A stretch of DNA of 64,000 nucleotides from Carcharhinus amblyrhynchos. Lineage: Eukaryota. How positions within the stretch are numbered: the first letter of the stretch is position 1; the number at the start of each line of letters is the position of its first letter. The DNA is taken from assembly GCA_965287045.1 (NCBI GenBank), contig OZ336885.1, positions 61,628,001-61,692,000 of the forward strand, read 5' to 3'. Position numbers and translations under genes: made by a program. The notes below the pieces were generated by a model that worked only from the letters and a program-made list of their open reading frames with translations, searched no databases and was not told the origin of the DNA. Shown one piece after another: positions 1-12,407 of the stretch.

Positions 1-917
1 GGAAAAGCAAATTGTGCGGAGGGTATGTAAAGTCTGCAGAGGGATCTAGATAGGCTGAGCGAGTGGGCGAGGATCTGGCAGATGGAGTACAATGTTAGCA
101 AGTGTGAGGTTATCCACTTTGGCAGGAAGAATATTCGGAGGGATTACTATTTAAAGGGCGAAAAGCTGCAGCATGCTACGGTGCAGAGTGACCTGGGGAT
201 CCTTGTGCATGCGTCGCAAAAACCCAGTCTGCAGTTGCAGCAGGTGATCAAGAGGGCGAAGGGGATGCCGGCCTTTATAGCGAGGGGGATAGAATATAAA
301 AACAGGGAGGTCTTGCTGCGACTGTACAGGGCACTGGTGAGGCTGCAGCTGGAGTACTGTGTGCAGTTTTGGTCGCCGCACATGGCAAGGATATTTTGGC
401 CTTGGAGGGAGTGAAGAGGAGGTTCACCAGGCTGATACCGGAGATGAGGGGGTTGGACTATGAAGAGAGGCTGAATAGACTGGGTCTGTTCTTGTTGGTG
501 TTTAGAAGGTTGAGGGGGGATCTTATAGAGACGTATAAGATAATGAAGGTAATGGATAGGGTAGACGAAGAGCGATTCTTCCCGCTCAGAAAGGACAGCA
601 GGACTCGAGGGCACAGCCTCAAGATAAGGGGGGGGGGGGGGCAGTTTAGAACGGAATTGAGGAGGAACTTCTTCACTCAAAGGGTGGTGAATCTTTGGAA
701 TTCTCTGCCCGTTGAAGTGATGGAGTGTACCTCGCTAAATATATTTAAGACACAGGTAGATAGGTTTTTGGTAGGCAAGGGAATTAAGGGTTATGGGGAG
801 AAAGCGGGAAAGTGGAACTGAGCAACTTCAGATCAGCCATGATCTTACTGAATGGCGGGGCAGGCTCGAAGGGCTAGATGGCCTACTCCTGCTCCTACTT
901 CTTATGTTCTTATGTTC
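1..917 (+). mobile_element. Young CR1/HER1-type LINE, 3' part (RT C-terminus, 3' UTR, (CTTATGTT)n tail)
   Basis: ORFs 82-414 and 369-821 give CR1 ORF2 motifs KCEVIHFG, LEYCVQFWSP, RRLRGDLIETYK and FFTQRVVNLWNSLP, with one frameshift near 380; the tail cttatgttcttatgttc ends at 917. Confidence 0.95.
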
Positions 918-1096
918 AAAAGAAGTCCAAGTAATGTGTTTTTCTGAAGAACTTGAAGGAAAACAAGTTTCTTAAACACATGGCATAAATCCTTCTCCAT
1001 TGAAAAAAATCTCTGCAAATTCTGCGGTATAACACTCCTGAAATATAATCAGTTACATTAGCAACATTCACTTTCCAGCGCATGCTTTGTGCTTAC

Positions 1097-1132
1097 CTTG
1101 CTCATTCGAAGCTTTCACGACACTGTCAAGTT
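1097..1132 (-). CDS. 36-nt phase-1 micro-exon, (E)LDSVVKASNEQ
   Basis: cctaattgcttacag|AACTTGACAGTGTCGTGAAAGCTTCGAATGAGCAAG|gtaagc. Confidence 0.8.
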
Positions 1133-1165
1133 CTGTAAGCAATTAGGACACAGCAGTTTGCAGTT

Positions 1166-3930
1166 ATAGATTCATAGATCTTCATAGCATGGAACAAGGC
1201 CCTTTGGCCCAAAATGTCCAAGTTGCACCTTTATTTTCCACTAATAAGCTTATCCCATTGCCCAGGTTTGGCCCAGAGCCTCGATAGCCATCTTAGCCAT
1301 GTAACTGTCTAAACTTTTTCTTTAAAAATAAAATTGTACACAAGTCAACTACTACCTGTGGTAGTTGGTTCCGGATGCTCACCAGCCTCTGTGCGAAAAA
1401 GAACGAATGTCCCTCCGGACCCATTTCTCTCTCTCGCCTCTCAATTTAAGCCTATGTCTTCGAGTTTTAGACTCCCCCACCTAATAGAATATATCTTGAG
1501 AATCTAGCTGACGTATGTCCCTCATTTGTTTTAGACAGCTATAGCATAACCTCTAAAATCCCTGTGCTACAGAGAAAACAAAAGTTGAACTCGATCCAGT
1601 CTCTTCATAGAACTCAAATCATCAATTTCTGGAAACATCCACTTGACTATGTACATATACTGCAACATTTGTATTTTAATAAGATCCTTTCTATATTAAA
1701 AAAGGCCCAAACTGTACACAATATCCGAAGTGTGGCCTTATTAAAATATTGCAAAACGTCAACAAGACGTCCCAACTCCTACATTCAATAATCTCACCGA
1801 TTAAACCAAGCACCCCACATGCCTTTTTCACCACTCAGTCCATCTTAGAATCCAGTTTCAAGGAGCAAGGAACCTGTACCTCTGGATGTCTTTGTTCTGT
1901 AGCTCTCCTCAACAATCTATTATAAACGGTGTAAGCCGTGCGCTGATTTAATCGACAAAAATGCATCATCTCGCATTTAACTAAAATAAGCTTCATCTGT
2001 TCTTCTTCAGCCTGTGGCCCATTGGATCAATGTCAGGTTGAAATCCTATATACACACCTTCCCCGTCCACGATGCCACAAATCTGGTTTTATTTGCAAAT
2101 TTACTAACCACGCCTCCTAAATTCTCATCCAAATCATTAATATGAATGTCAAATAAGATTGTACCTCGCACCGAACTCTGAGGCACGCTGTGAGTCACAC
2201 TGTTAGAATTTGAAGAACAATCCCTTACAGCCGCCAACTGACTTCTGTTATCAAACCATTTTTTTTTCCAGTTGACGACTTCACCTTGGATCCCGTGAGA
2301 TTTCACCTCATGCAGCAATCTGCCATGCGATACCTTCTCAATGGCCTTGCTAAGGCTCACGTAGACAGCAACAAGTGCACCCCCTTATTCGACCTTCTTG
2401 GGTTCCCCTTCAAGTAATTCAATCCGTTTTTTGTGAGACATGATTGTCCACTCGCAAAGCCATGTTAAATGTCCCTAACCAGGCCTTTCCTCTCCAAATA
2501 AGTATAGATACTGTCTCTCACGATACCGTCCTCAAACGTAGCCACTACAGATGTAAGGCTCACCGGCCTTTCGTTCCCAGACTTTTAGCTGCAGCTCTTT
2601 TAAAGCAAAGGCGTAAAGACAGCATATAGTATCCACCAATATTCAGGCACCTCACCTGCTGTTGTCGACGATTCCAACATCGCTGCTCGGGTATCCGCAA
2701 TTTCCCCCGAGCCTCGCACTACGTCCCTGGATTGACTTCATCAAGTACCAAACATTTTGCCACATTGTTGTGCTTCAAGACTCCCAGCTCTTCGTTCTCT
2801 GTGTATGCTCCTCACGATGCCATTGTTTATTTCCCGAAGTTTCCAAACATCCATGGCTTTCTCAACAGTAATTACTAATGATAATTATTCAGTTAGGACC
2901 TCAGCCATCTCTTGATGATTCGGATATACGTGAGCTTGCCGATCCTTAAGAGGCCCAATTCTCTCCCTAGATACATTATTGCCCTTTTATGAATTTGAAG
3001 AATATCTTTTGTTTCTCATTTGCCTTATCTGGGAAAACAAAATTCTGCCTCCTTTTCCCACCTTATTTCTCTTTAAAACGACTCCTACACCAACTCTTCA
3101 AGAGATCCAACTGATTCCCAGTTGCCTATGTTTGTCATGTGCCTCCTTCATCTTCTTGACCTGGACCTTAATATCCTGAGTCACCCAGCGTTCCCTTCTT
3201 CTACCAGCCTTGCCTTTAACTCTGAGATGAATGTGCTTACCCTGAACGCTGGTTAACAAGCTTTGAGAGCCATCAAATTTCCAGGCGTTTCTGTGCCCGC
3301 CAACAGACTCCCACAAGTAACTTTTGAAAGTTTATGTCTGATACCATCAAAATTGGCCTTACCCCAATGTAGTATTTTAAAATTTGGGTCTGACCTATCG
3401 TTCTCCACAGCTATCGTAAAGCTAATGCAATTATGGCTACTGGTTCCAAAGGAATGCCTCACTAACACTTTGTCACTTGCCCTTTCTTATTTTCCAAATG
3501 AGGTCAAGTTTTGCCCCCTCCCTGGTGGGGCCAAGCACATACTGGGTGACAGATTCCTCGTCAATACATTCAACAGTGGTTTCTCCATCCAATCCTCTAA
3601 TACTATAGCTTTCCCACGCAATGTTATAGAAGGTAACATCCACTTCTACTACTATGCCATTTCCCTTGGGGCTATGAGTAATCTGCTTACATATTTTCTC
3701 CTCTGTCCCACACTGACGATTTCGGAGGTAATTGTTACAACCCAGAAAGTTAATTTCCCACTCCTTATTTCTCAGTTTTATCCAAATGGACTCAGTTGGA
3801 GAGCCTACGTATATAGCCCCTCTCAGTACCGGCGTGAAGTTTTCCCCAAACAAAAGTGCAAATCCCCCAACTCTGTTACGTTTTATTTTAGCTTTCTTGT
3901 GACATCTCTACCCTGAACATTGAGCTGCCT
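1166..3930 (-). mobile_element. Old degenerate CR1/HER1-type LINE (endonuclease to 3' end)
   Basis: 3' tail near 1166-1210 (reverse of ...gggccaaagggccttgttcc); RT remnants SKAIEKVSHGRLL, VPQSSVRG, INDLDEN and KFAN in ORF 2046-2360; endonuclease remnant ESIWIKLRNK...PTREGAKLDLI in ORF 3473-3853. Confidence 0.85.
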
Positions 3931-4854
3931 GTTACGTCCCTCCTTGAGCCATGTTGCTGTAATAGTCAGAACGCCCCTGAAATGTCGAAAACATGAGTTT
4001 GCTAATTTGCATCGGAAGTGCAAGCTGCACAGAAGTGCATGCATATTCCTGGCATGCCCCCGTAATGTTGAATGAAACGAAAAATTTCAGAAAATGGTAT
4101 TTTTCTATCGAAATCTCATAACAACGAGTGTATTCGATTTCAACTAATGTTTGTTCATTCATTTTGGTTCTCTCCATTCAATTAACAATATGATACGAGT
4201 TGATTCACTCGCAAGCAAATATTTCTTTCAAGATTTCTCTTGGTGCATTATGGCACATGAAACGATAGGTGTGTCAGCTGTAAACAGCGACATCAAGAAA
4301 CCTAATCTGCATTGCTTGTCCCCGGAAAATAACATTACACTTCTACAATGTTGCGATCAGCGTGCATTTCACCCGAAATTTAATAGCTACCTACAAAAAA
4401 AAACACAATTTTCTAACCCCTTGCTGTTCAATTCTCATTTTTGCCATTGTTACGATCATCACGGTCATTGTTACCAATATACTTATTTCATAACATGCTG
4501 CTTTCCCAATAAAGACCAACATTTATTTCCAAATGCATATGGTCGTTAGGAATGTATTATTGAACGATATTTTTGATCTTCTGCAGTGCCTGCTGAAGAG
4601 ACACCCGCACTATAGTTCCAGGAAGTTCACACATAACAGAAAACAAAAAAAAGTCTTGTGAGTTGAGAGGAAACATGTAGTTATTTCTGCGTCTACGTTT
4701 CTGCTGTGCCGCGCAATGGCAGGTTGTGCAGTTCTTGGTTAAACATGTGCTTTCATAGGATTCACGTTAGGATACAGTCGCTGAGTCAGTAAATGGTTCA
4801 AATTAATTAAGTTTTGCATCTACCTTGAACGGAACGTTTGCGGAACGTGCAGAG

Positions 4855-5000
4855 TTACAAAGTTGCAGAGTTCCTACTGTGCAGGAGGCCATTCATCCCA
4901 TCGAACCTGCCCCTACAACATCTTCCTCAGGCCCTATCCCGGTAACTCCAAAAATTTCCTTTGTTGCACTCCTGCAGCTAAGGGACAATTTATTATGGCC
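4855..5000 (-). mobile_element. HE1-type SINE 3' fragment
   Basis: Resembles the better-preserved SINE tails at 38161-38480 (ggaggccattcatcccatcgaacctgc...ctaagggacaattta). Confidence 0.6.
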
Positions 5001-5730
5001 ATTCAAACGTAGCCATCACCTACAAGAGACACTCTAACCACCTTCGCTTGACATTCAATGGTATTACCATCAGTGGCTTCCCCAGCGGCAACATTCTTGA
5101 TGCAATCATTGACCAGAAACTGAAATGCACTCACCACGTAAACAGTGGCGACAAGAAGAGATCAGAGGCAAAAAATACTGCGGCGAGTTACTCACTTCAT
5201 GACTCCACAAATCCTACCCACCATCTACAAGACACACGTCAGAAAAACGATGGAATACTCCCCATTTTCCGGGATGAGCACAACTCCAAACCTCTGGTGC
5301 TTATTACACCATCCATAACAAAACAGACCGCTTCATTGGCACTACATCTACAAACATCCAGTCACTCCACCACCCACTCTCATTCGCAGCAGTTTCTCCT
5401 TTCTCCAAGACACACTGCAGCAAATATCCTTAGGCAGGACTTTCCAACCTCATCGCCATTTCCACCTCAATGAATAAGGAGAGTAGACACAGGGGAGCAC
5501 CACCACCTGCAGTTTCTCCTGCAAGCCACATCGTGTCTTGGAAAAATATTGCGGTTCTTTCACAGGCGATGGTTCAAAACCCTGGAAATCCCTCCTTAAC
5601 GGTATTGTGGGTCAACACACAGAACATGGATCGCAGATTCAAGAAAGCCGCTCACTGTCACCTTGCCAATGCCGACTAGGGATGGGCAACAAACGCTGGA
5701 TTTTTCAGCGACCCCCATGCCCCACGAATC
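5000..5730 (+). mobile_element. Degenerate LINE 3' part, same family as 36562-37360
   Basis: Shared blocks: cattgaccagaaact, ccatctacaa, cactgcagcaa, caccacctgca, gggatgggca. Confidence 0.75.
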
Positions 5731-6027
5731 AACAAAATACCAATATGCATTAACAACAGCAAGTTATGTCTGGAAAAACATAATGAAGTGAATTGTATTA
5801 GGATTTCCCATTCACATATGCCAGCCTCAGAATTCCCATCTTCAAGTGAACTTTGTTACGTGCAGAACGACATTTTTTTTTAGCCATTCAAATAATATAA
5901 TTACTACTGCAATATGATCAAGTGTGCTTGTTGCGATGAATGGCGGAACAATTAAAGTAGAGTTCATTTGCTGATTAAGGACATTTGTATCAATGTCTTT
6001 AGGCTGTTGAATTTCAACAATATGTAC

Positions 6028-6054
6028 CATTCTGCCTTTCCTTCAACATTTCTT
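6028..6054 (-). CDS. 27-nt phase-1 micro-exon, (E)EMLKERQN
   Basis: cattatgttttgcag|AAGAAATGTTGAAGGAAAGGCAGAATG|gtacat. Confidence 0.8.
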
Positions 6055-6425
6055 CTGCAAAACATAATGTATTAACTGTGAGCGACGAACAACAAAGTTT
6101 GATAAAAAAAAATTCCACTCAGATCGCATCAAAGATTGTTACTCATCCTTATCTCACATGGAGTTCATGCCACCAGCTTGGCCCGTAGCAAACTAAATGG
6201 AATTAAATATGGTCCAATATGTAACTATCAACCACACTGTCTAACCTCATTGTATTAATTGCATCTTTTGTGGAAATACAGCGCAGATATTAACATCAGT
6301 GTACATGAAGACAATGCAATGGTACGTGTGGTGAATCAATATGATCTGTATGGTTATCTCCTCATCTTAAATGATAGAATTGTCATGTTGGCGTTGACTT
6401 CTCACTATAAAATACATTTTCTCAC

Positions 6426-6461
6426 CTAAATCTTTCAAAGTTTCTTTGCATGCCTTAAGTT
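6426..6461 (-). CDS. 36-nt phase-1 micro-exon, (E)LKACKETLKDL
   Basis: caaatgtattacag|AACTTAAGGCATGCAAAGAAACTTTGAAAGATTTAG|gtgaga. Confidence 0.85.
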
Positions 6462-6639
6462 CTGTAATACATTTGTTTGTGACAATGTAAACTTGCCCAT
6501 TCTATGTCGGATTCCACAACAAATATGTTTATTTAAATTGACGGAACCGTTGAGGCAAATGTACACACCACGTTAAGCACAAACGACAACCAAATATTGA
6601 CAAGAAAATTAAAAAAAAGACGGAGGATTAGCGACTGTT

Positions 6640-8535
6640 TATAATTCAGCAGAGGAGAACCAAGTCATTGATTAAGAAGGGGAAGTTAGATTATGAAGTA
6701 AGCTAGGGGGATCATAAATTACTAACTGTGAAATTTTCTGGAGATGAGAATTTTTTTTATTATCAAAAACATTTGTTGGCCCCTTCAGTCAGAAAAGGAA
6801 GAATCCATAGCGGAGAATGAAGAAATGGTTGAGGAATTCAATCTGTACATTGCCTCAGTATTCACAAAGTAAAACAAATAATGTGCCAGAAATGTTGAGA
6901 GTAACATACTTTAGTGAGGAGTTGAAGGAAGTCAGTAGAGAAATGACTTTGGCGAAATTGATAGGATTAGTTGTGGGGCAAATCTTCGGGTCCTAATAAT
7001 CGTCGTCCAGAATGGCTTTGGAGAAAGTGATGGGATTTGAGGTAGACAAGTCTCCGGATCCTGATAATCATCATCCTAGAGTTCTTCAGGAATTGGCCTG
7101 GAAATAATAGATCCGTTGTAATTATTTTCCAAAATACTGTCAGCGTGGCAATATTTCACACAATTTGGATGTCCGCTAATATAAGCATGCTATTTTAAAA
7201 ACGGAGGTAGACATAAAACAATGCATTATAGACGAGCGAGCCTAACTTCGCTACTGAGGAAACTGCAAGAGCTTCGAATCAAGCATTTCATAACACCCAT
7301 TTGGAAGGCAGTAAAACAAAACACAAATTCTTCATGGACTTACACCGGGGAAATCATGTTTGACGAATCGACTGCATTTTTTTCAGGATGATACGAGTTG
7401 AATTGACGGAGCAGATCCAGAAGATGTGGTTAATTTAAACTTTCAGAAGTCTGTAGACGAGGTCTCACACCACAGACGACTAAAACACAGCTGATTGTAG
7501 CTAATGTCTTGAGGTGGACAGAAAGCTGTTTAGCAGTTGGGAAACTATGAGATGGTACAAATGGTTATCTGTGTAGTTAGCTGGGGCTAATGGGTTCCGC
7601 AAGGATCTGTGCTATGACCCCGAATGTTCCCATTATATATTACTGATTTTGGAAGAAGAAACTTCAATATCTTCAAATGTCCAGGTAACACAAAATTACG
7701 TTGCAGAATAAGCTATGAGGAGGATGCAGATAAGTTGCAGTGTGATTTGGATAGGCTACGTGTGTGGTCATCTGCCTGGCAGATGCAGTGTCATGTGGAT
7801 AAATGTGAGGTTATCCACATTGGTAGCAATAATAGGAAGACAGATTATTATCTGAACGTGTCCAAACTGAGGAAGTTGAATGTATAACGATCCTTGGATT
7901 CCTCGTGCATCAGTGGCTGAAAGCAACGTAGCAGGAAGTAAATAAAACAAGCGATGTGTTTCCTTCCATAACGAGAGGATTTGAGTATGATTTTGCTGCA
8001 ATTGTGTAGAGCGTTGGTGAGGCCACACCTACAGTATTCCGTGCAGTGTTGATATCCTTCTCTTAGGAAGGATGGCATTGGTAAGTAGGAAGTAGGGCGA
8101 CAGTTTACCAGCCTGATTCCTGGGGTGGCAATTTTGTCATATGAGAAGACATTAAGTCGATTACAATTATTTCACTGGCGTTCAGGAGAGTAAGAATGTT
8201 ACAAAATTCTAATCGGTGTCGGCACAGCGAATTTAGGAAGAATGTTACTAATTGTGGGGTATTCTAGAACGTGAGGTCATAGTTTGAGATCAGGGCAAAT
8301 CATTTGGGGTAAAAGTGAGTACAACTTTATTCAGCCACAGAACCGTGAATGTGTTCAATTCACTCCCAAAAAAATGTAGTCGACGCTAAAACGTCGTCTA
8401 ATTTGACTTTTTTTTAAATGATATGACTCCTTTGGAAACAGGATATTGGAGTAGAATGATCAACCATAATTAAGATGAATGGCTGCATAGGAATGGCCCA
8501 TTCCTGCTTTTAGTTTCTACGTTTATATGTTTCTA
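6640..8535 (+). mobile_element. Old degenerate CR1 LINE (RT to 3' tail)
   Basis: ORF 7624-7887 LQCDLDRL..WQMQCHVDKCEVIHIG; upstream SPDPD and GKSCLTN remnants; tail tttctacgtttatatgtttct near 8515-8533. Confidence 0.85.
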
Positions 8536-9749
8536 AGATCGGAGTATTGAAGTCAGAATTTCTCCGTACAGAGTACAACTACATAATGAAAAATAGATGA
8601 CGTGGACTTCGTGGAGCTTCTCTACATTGTGTGCTTCCAGCGAACAATTGTAATGGGGATAGGCCTCTTTCTAATAACTTGCAGTAGCAAAGCACTAAGA
8701 AGTAGGGAATCGTATCAAAAACCTTCAGGCTATCTGACTCACAATGACTATTTAATGGAAACATTATATGGCTTACGTTTGTATTGAAACAATCTCAGAA
8801 GTCAGTGTTATTGATGCAAACAACATTGGTGCTATTCGAAATGTGTACTTTTTTTTTCCTTTAGTTGTATTAAAACACTTCAGTTTGAAACAGTTAATAT
8901 AGCAAGTCAGAACATTAATGCACTTTCTGGCATGATCATCCTGAAATCATTATAATGTTCTTGTAGATACCTTTGTGAATACATTAAACTTTTCAAAACA
9001 ATATATGTTGGCATAGCTGTTCAGAAACTCCAACTACCAGAAACGAAGTGGCTGAATATACCGTGAATAGTTTGCAAGTTCCCGTCATCAATTTACACCA
9101 ACATTCAGAACGAGAACGGCGCAAACATCATATAGAAAAAACTATTCTATCGAAATTGAAGGACAGTGGAGGCCAAGAACATCTTGGCTCTTTTAACAGT
9201 TTGCTTAAAAGCCGATTTAAGTTTTAATAATTTCCAACAACATTGTAAATAATATGCATTCGCCCGTGGAACGAGTAAGATGAGTAAAACTCAAATTTAA
9301 GAAGTTCGATCAAAATATTTGTTTTATGCAAACAGCTGTTGTTTCGCTTACAAACGGCAGATTATCCCTTGCAGCTAATGATAGTTAATATACTCGTGCC
9401 AAATTCAGAATGCTGACATGCCTCCGTTTTTTTTTGTTCAAAGTCCCCCTACCAATTTGGAGCAAAAACATCGAGGCTGCAATTTCGGTCAAAAACAACA
9501 AAACACCCCAGCATAAACGGATCACTCATTTATGGTGACTGTCTTAAAATGTGCAAATGTCGTCACTGCAATTCGAATTCAAAGCGAAACGTTTGGTCTG
9601 GATACAAGCCCACAATCATCTGATTACAAATTCATAAGTACAGTGGTCGAATTATCACACAGCACTTTTCAGATCACAACGTTGGGTAAGGAAGGATAAT
9701 ATATCTCCCGCGGCAATTGTCAAAACATAAGAATAATTCAATCAATTAC

Positions 9750-9776
9750 CGTCCGCTGTTGATTGTTGCGTGTCTT
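9750..9776 (-). CDS. 27-nt phase-1 micro-exon, (E)DTQQSTAD
   Basis: ctaatattaaaacgttaatag|AAGACACGCAACAATCAACAGCGGACG|gtaatt; the pyrimidine tract is weak but length and phase are exact. Confidence 0.6.
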
Positions 9777-10455
9777 CTATTAACGTTTTAATATTAGTTA
9801 GATGCAATATTCCACAACTCGATACGCTTTTTGAAGAAGTTTCGAGGATTTTTCCATTTGGACCTTTTTAACGCACAGATCGTTCGTGAGTTAACAATCA
9901 GATTTGAGAAAAAAGAATAGACCCATGCCTTTCGTTCGGGGCACTTGAACGGGTTAACGACAGGGTAATTGAAAGATATGCGACAGAGATCGATTGCAAC
10001 AGCACTGAGCCTTCAAGTAGAAGACAAATTAATGTAGGTTCCATCAGAAGTTGGAATACAATTCAGTATAACACATAAAGTGCTGATTTTGTCGCAAACA
10101 TTAAGGCGTCCTGGCAAAACCACATGCTCACACTCGATTCAGGGGAAACCGACAACAGACATTAACTGCCGATAACTAGTATCCGTTCAGGATTTAAAAA
10201 TAAAATTGTGTTTTGATTGCATATTTGGCATCGTGAAAATGAGCAGGGTTGGCAGATAAAGCTAAACGTCGATCATGCTTTAAATTATCTACATGCAGCT
10301 CAGTTTGCCAAAATCCATTGTAATCTCATGCCCATGTGTCTATGGTGTGGTGAAAAAAAAGACAATTGTCATAGATATGTGGGATTGTTGAGATGCTGTT
10401 CAAACGGAATCAATTGCTGACTTTCAGAAAGATAGAAACTTGAATGTAGACTCGC

Positions 10456-10491
10456 CTATTCCTGCTCTGTATCGCCTGTTTCTTTTTAATT
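10456..10491 (-). CDS. 36-nt phase-1 micro-exon with GC donor, (E)LKRNRRYRAGI
   Basis: tattcgcatag|AATTAAAAAGAAACAGGCGATACAGAGCAGGAATAG|gcgagt. Confidence 0.6.
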
Positions 10492-12272
10492 CTATGCGAA
10501 TATAGCATCACTTGGCTGAACCCTTGGTTATTCATTCAAGGGATGTGTGTTTCACTGGCTGGGACAACATTAATTATTCTCGTCCGATTGCCTTGAGAAT
10601 GTCGTGGTCAACTCCCTTGTTGAAGGTGAGAGGTCGAATGCTCCTGAACCCTGAAGTGTTCCCCAACAGGACTCCAATACCACCACAGATGTTCAGCTCC
10701 TTTCCCGTGTTTGTAAAATGTCTGTAACGAAGTCATTAGCTGAGCAGCTCTAATGCAAGAAAAACATGGCTCCGTTTAGTGAGTTAGTGATCCAGAAGTA
10801 GTGTTTCATTCACCTTTTTATTATGTTTTCCATCACGTTACCAACGAACCAGATCAAACAGATGGAACCATAAGTTGGCTGATATCATTAGACGTATGCT
10901 GCGTGATAGAATGTTGTTGATTATTTAAACAAATTGTATCACGCATGCCGATTAATCCGACAGGCATCCTCCTCCTCTTCCCGAATTCTATTAGAAACTC
11001 TCCTCCAAACACTGGAGATAATCCGTAACGGCAGCCAATTAAGGTCAGCTGTATAAAAATGAACTCGCAAAAAACGACCCACACTGTATTGCTCAGTGAC
11101 ACTGTAATAACTCTGAGGCCGTAACCAGCGCAATTGGGCAGGGGACCTTAAAAAAGAAACAATGCAATGTCAACAGGCCAAAATCTTAAATCAGGCTGGA
11201 ACAAAGGTAAATCACTTTCTCAACTTTCATCCACTAATTTACGGGCCAGCAACTATGAACAATATGATGTGTAATGCGGTGCAAAATAATAATTTCACAT
11301 CTCATTACCCTCCTCGTTTATTTTTATTTCCTCAGTTGTTGATGTGCATCGTAGAACAAGAGGGCAAAAATTAAACATCTTTCAATTTGAAAAATGTTTT
11401 GAGATTATATCAGCCAAATTAATAATGTTCCGATTTGATGAGATTTTTGAGTCACATAAATTTTCTGAGCATAATGCAAAGTAAGGCGATACTGAATGGA
11501 CGCAGATGCGAAACGTCACACTGCAGATGCACGGCGATTATTTTAACGTCTTGCAGGTAAGAAGTATCAATTACGAATTCCCGAAGACGTGTAATTCAAT
11601 GTAATGTGCTGAAGATTTTTTTGACGAAAGTATTCATGACAAATGTTGTTGTTCTCATCTTAGATGGTGTAAACCCTTTCAATTGAAGTTTCAACAGATA
11701 ACATGCTGCATGAAAATGTTTACGGAGAGAGCCAGGATGTGATGCTATCCAAACGGCATGACAATGGGCATAGACAGCGTTGAAATGTGGAACACAAAGC
11801 CATACATTTTGGACTGTCGTGATGACTGCAATGTACCAAAACTCTGACTGATTAAGTAGTAATGTTATAATTTGGAATAGGTATAGCTGAGTACAGTCCT
11901 TCAATAATATGAGTGTTTGGTGTTTTGTTGCCTTATATCCGTATGGTTATTTATTTTGTTTTAGTCAAGAGGGGAAAATTAATTGTGTAATCAATAGGGG
12001 TGAAAAATGTGTTAATTTGCTCACAGAATATGGCAAACTCCCATTTCCCTTCTTTTAAGGAACATGTGATAAACCTAAAATATCAAAAGAATTCAATGCA
12101 AAATATATAATTAAAACTTTACTTAATTCCTACAGAGAAGCGTTAATGTGAAATGTGAAGTCCCATCCATTATCCTTGCTGCATGCTAACATTCAACCTT
12201 TCTTTTAGTATTTGCTAAGTGAATAAGTGTTATATTTTGAAACAATTATTTATCTACATATGTAAAGATCAG

Positions 12273-12407
12273 TTGCATATCTTGCCTTCTGATTTCGAGA
12301 AACGAAAATTTAATTTTTGTTCGAGATGGAACTAGAACTTGCATGTCTTGCCTTCTGAGTTCGAGAAACGAAAATTTAATTTTTGTTCGAGATGGAACTA
12401 GAACTTG
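12273..12407. repeat. Two-copy tandem duplication, 66-bp unit
   Basis: ttgcatRtcttgccttctgaKttcgagaaacgaaaatttaatttttgttcgagatggaactagaac at 12273 and 12339, with 2 mismatches. Confidence 0.95.

Noticed and set aside
3263-3916. 217-aa plus-strand ORF
   Set aside because: Antisense to a decayed CR1 endonuclease region, with no recognisable protein features.
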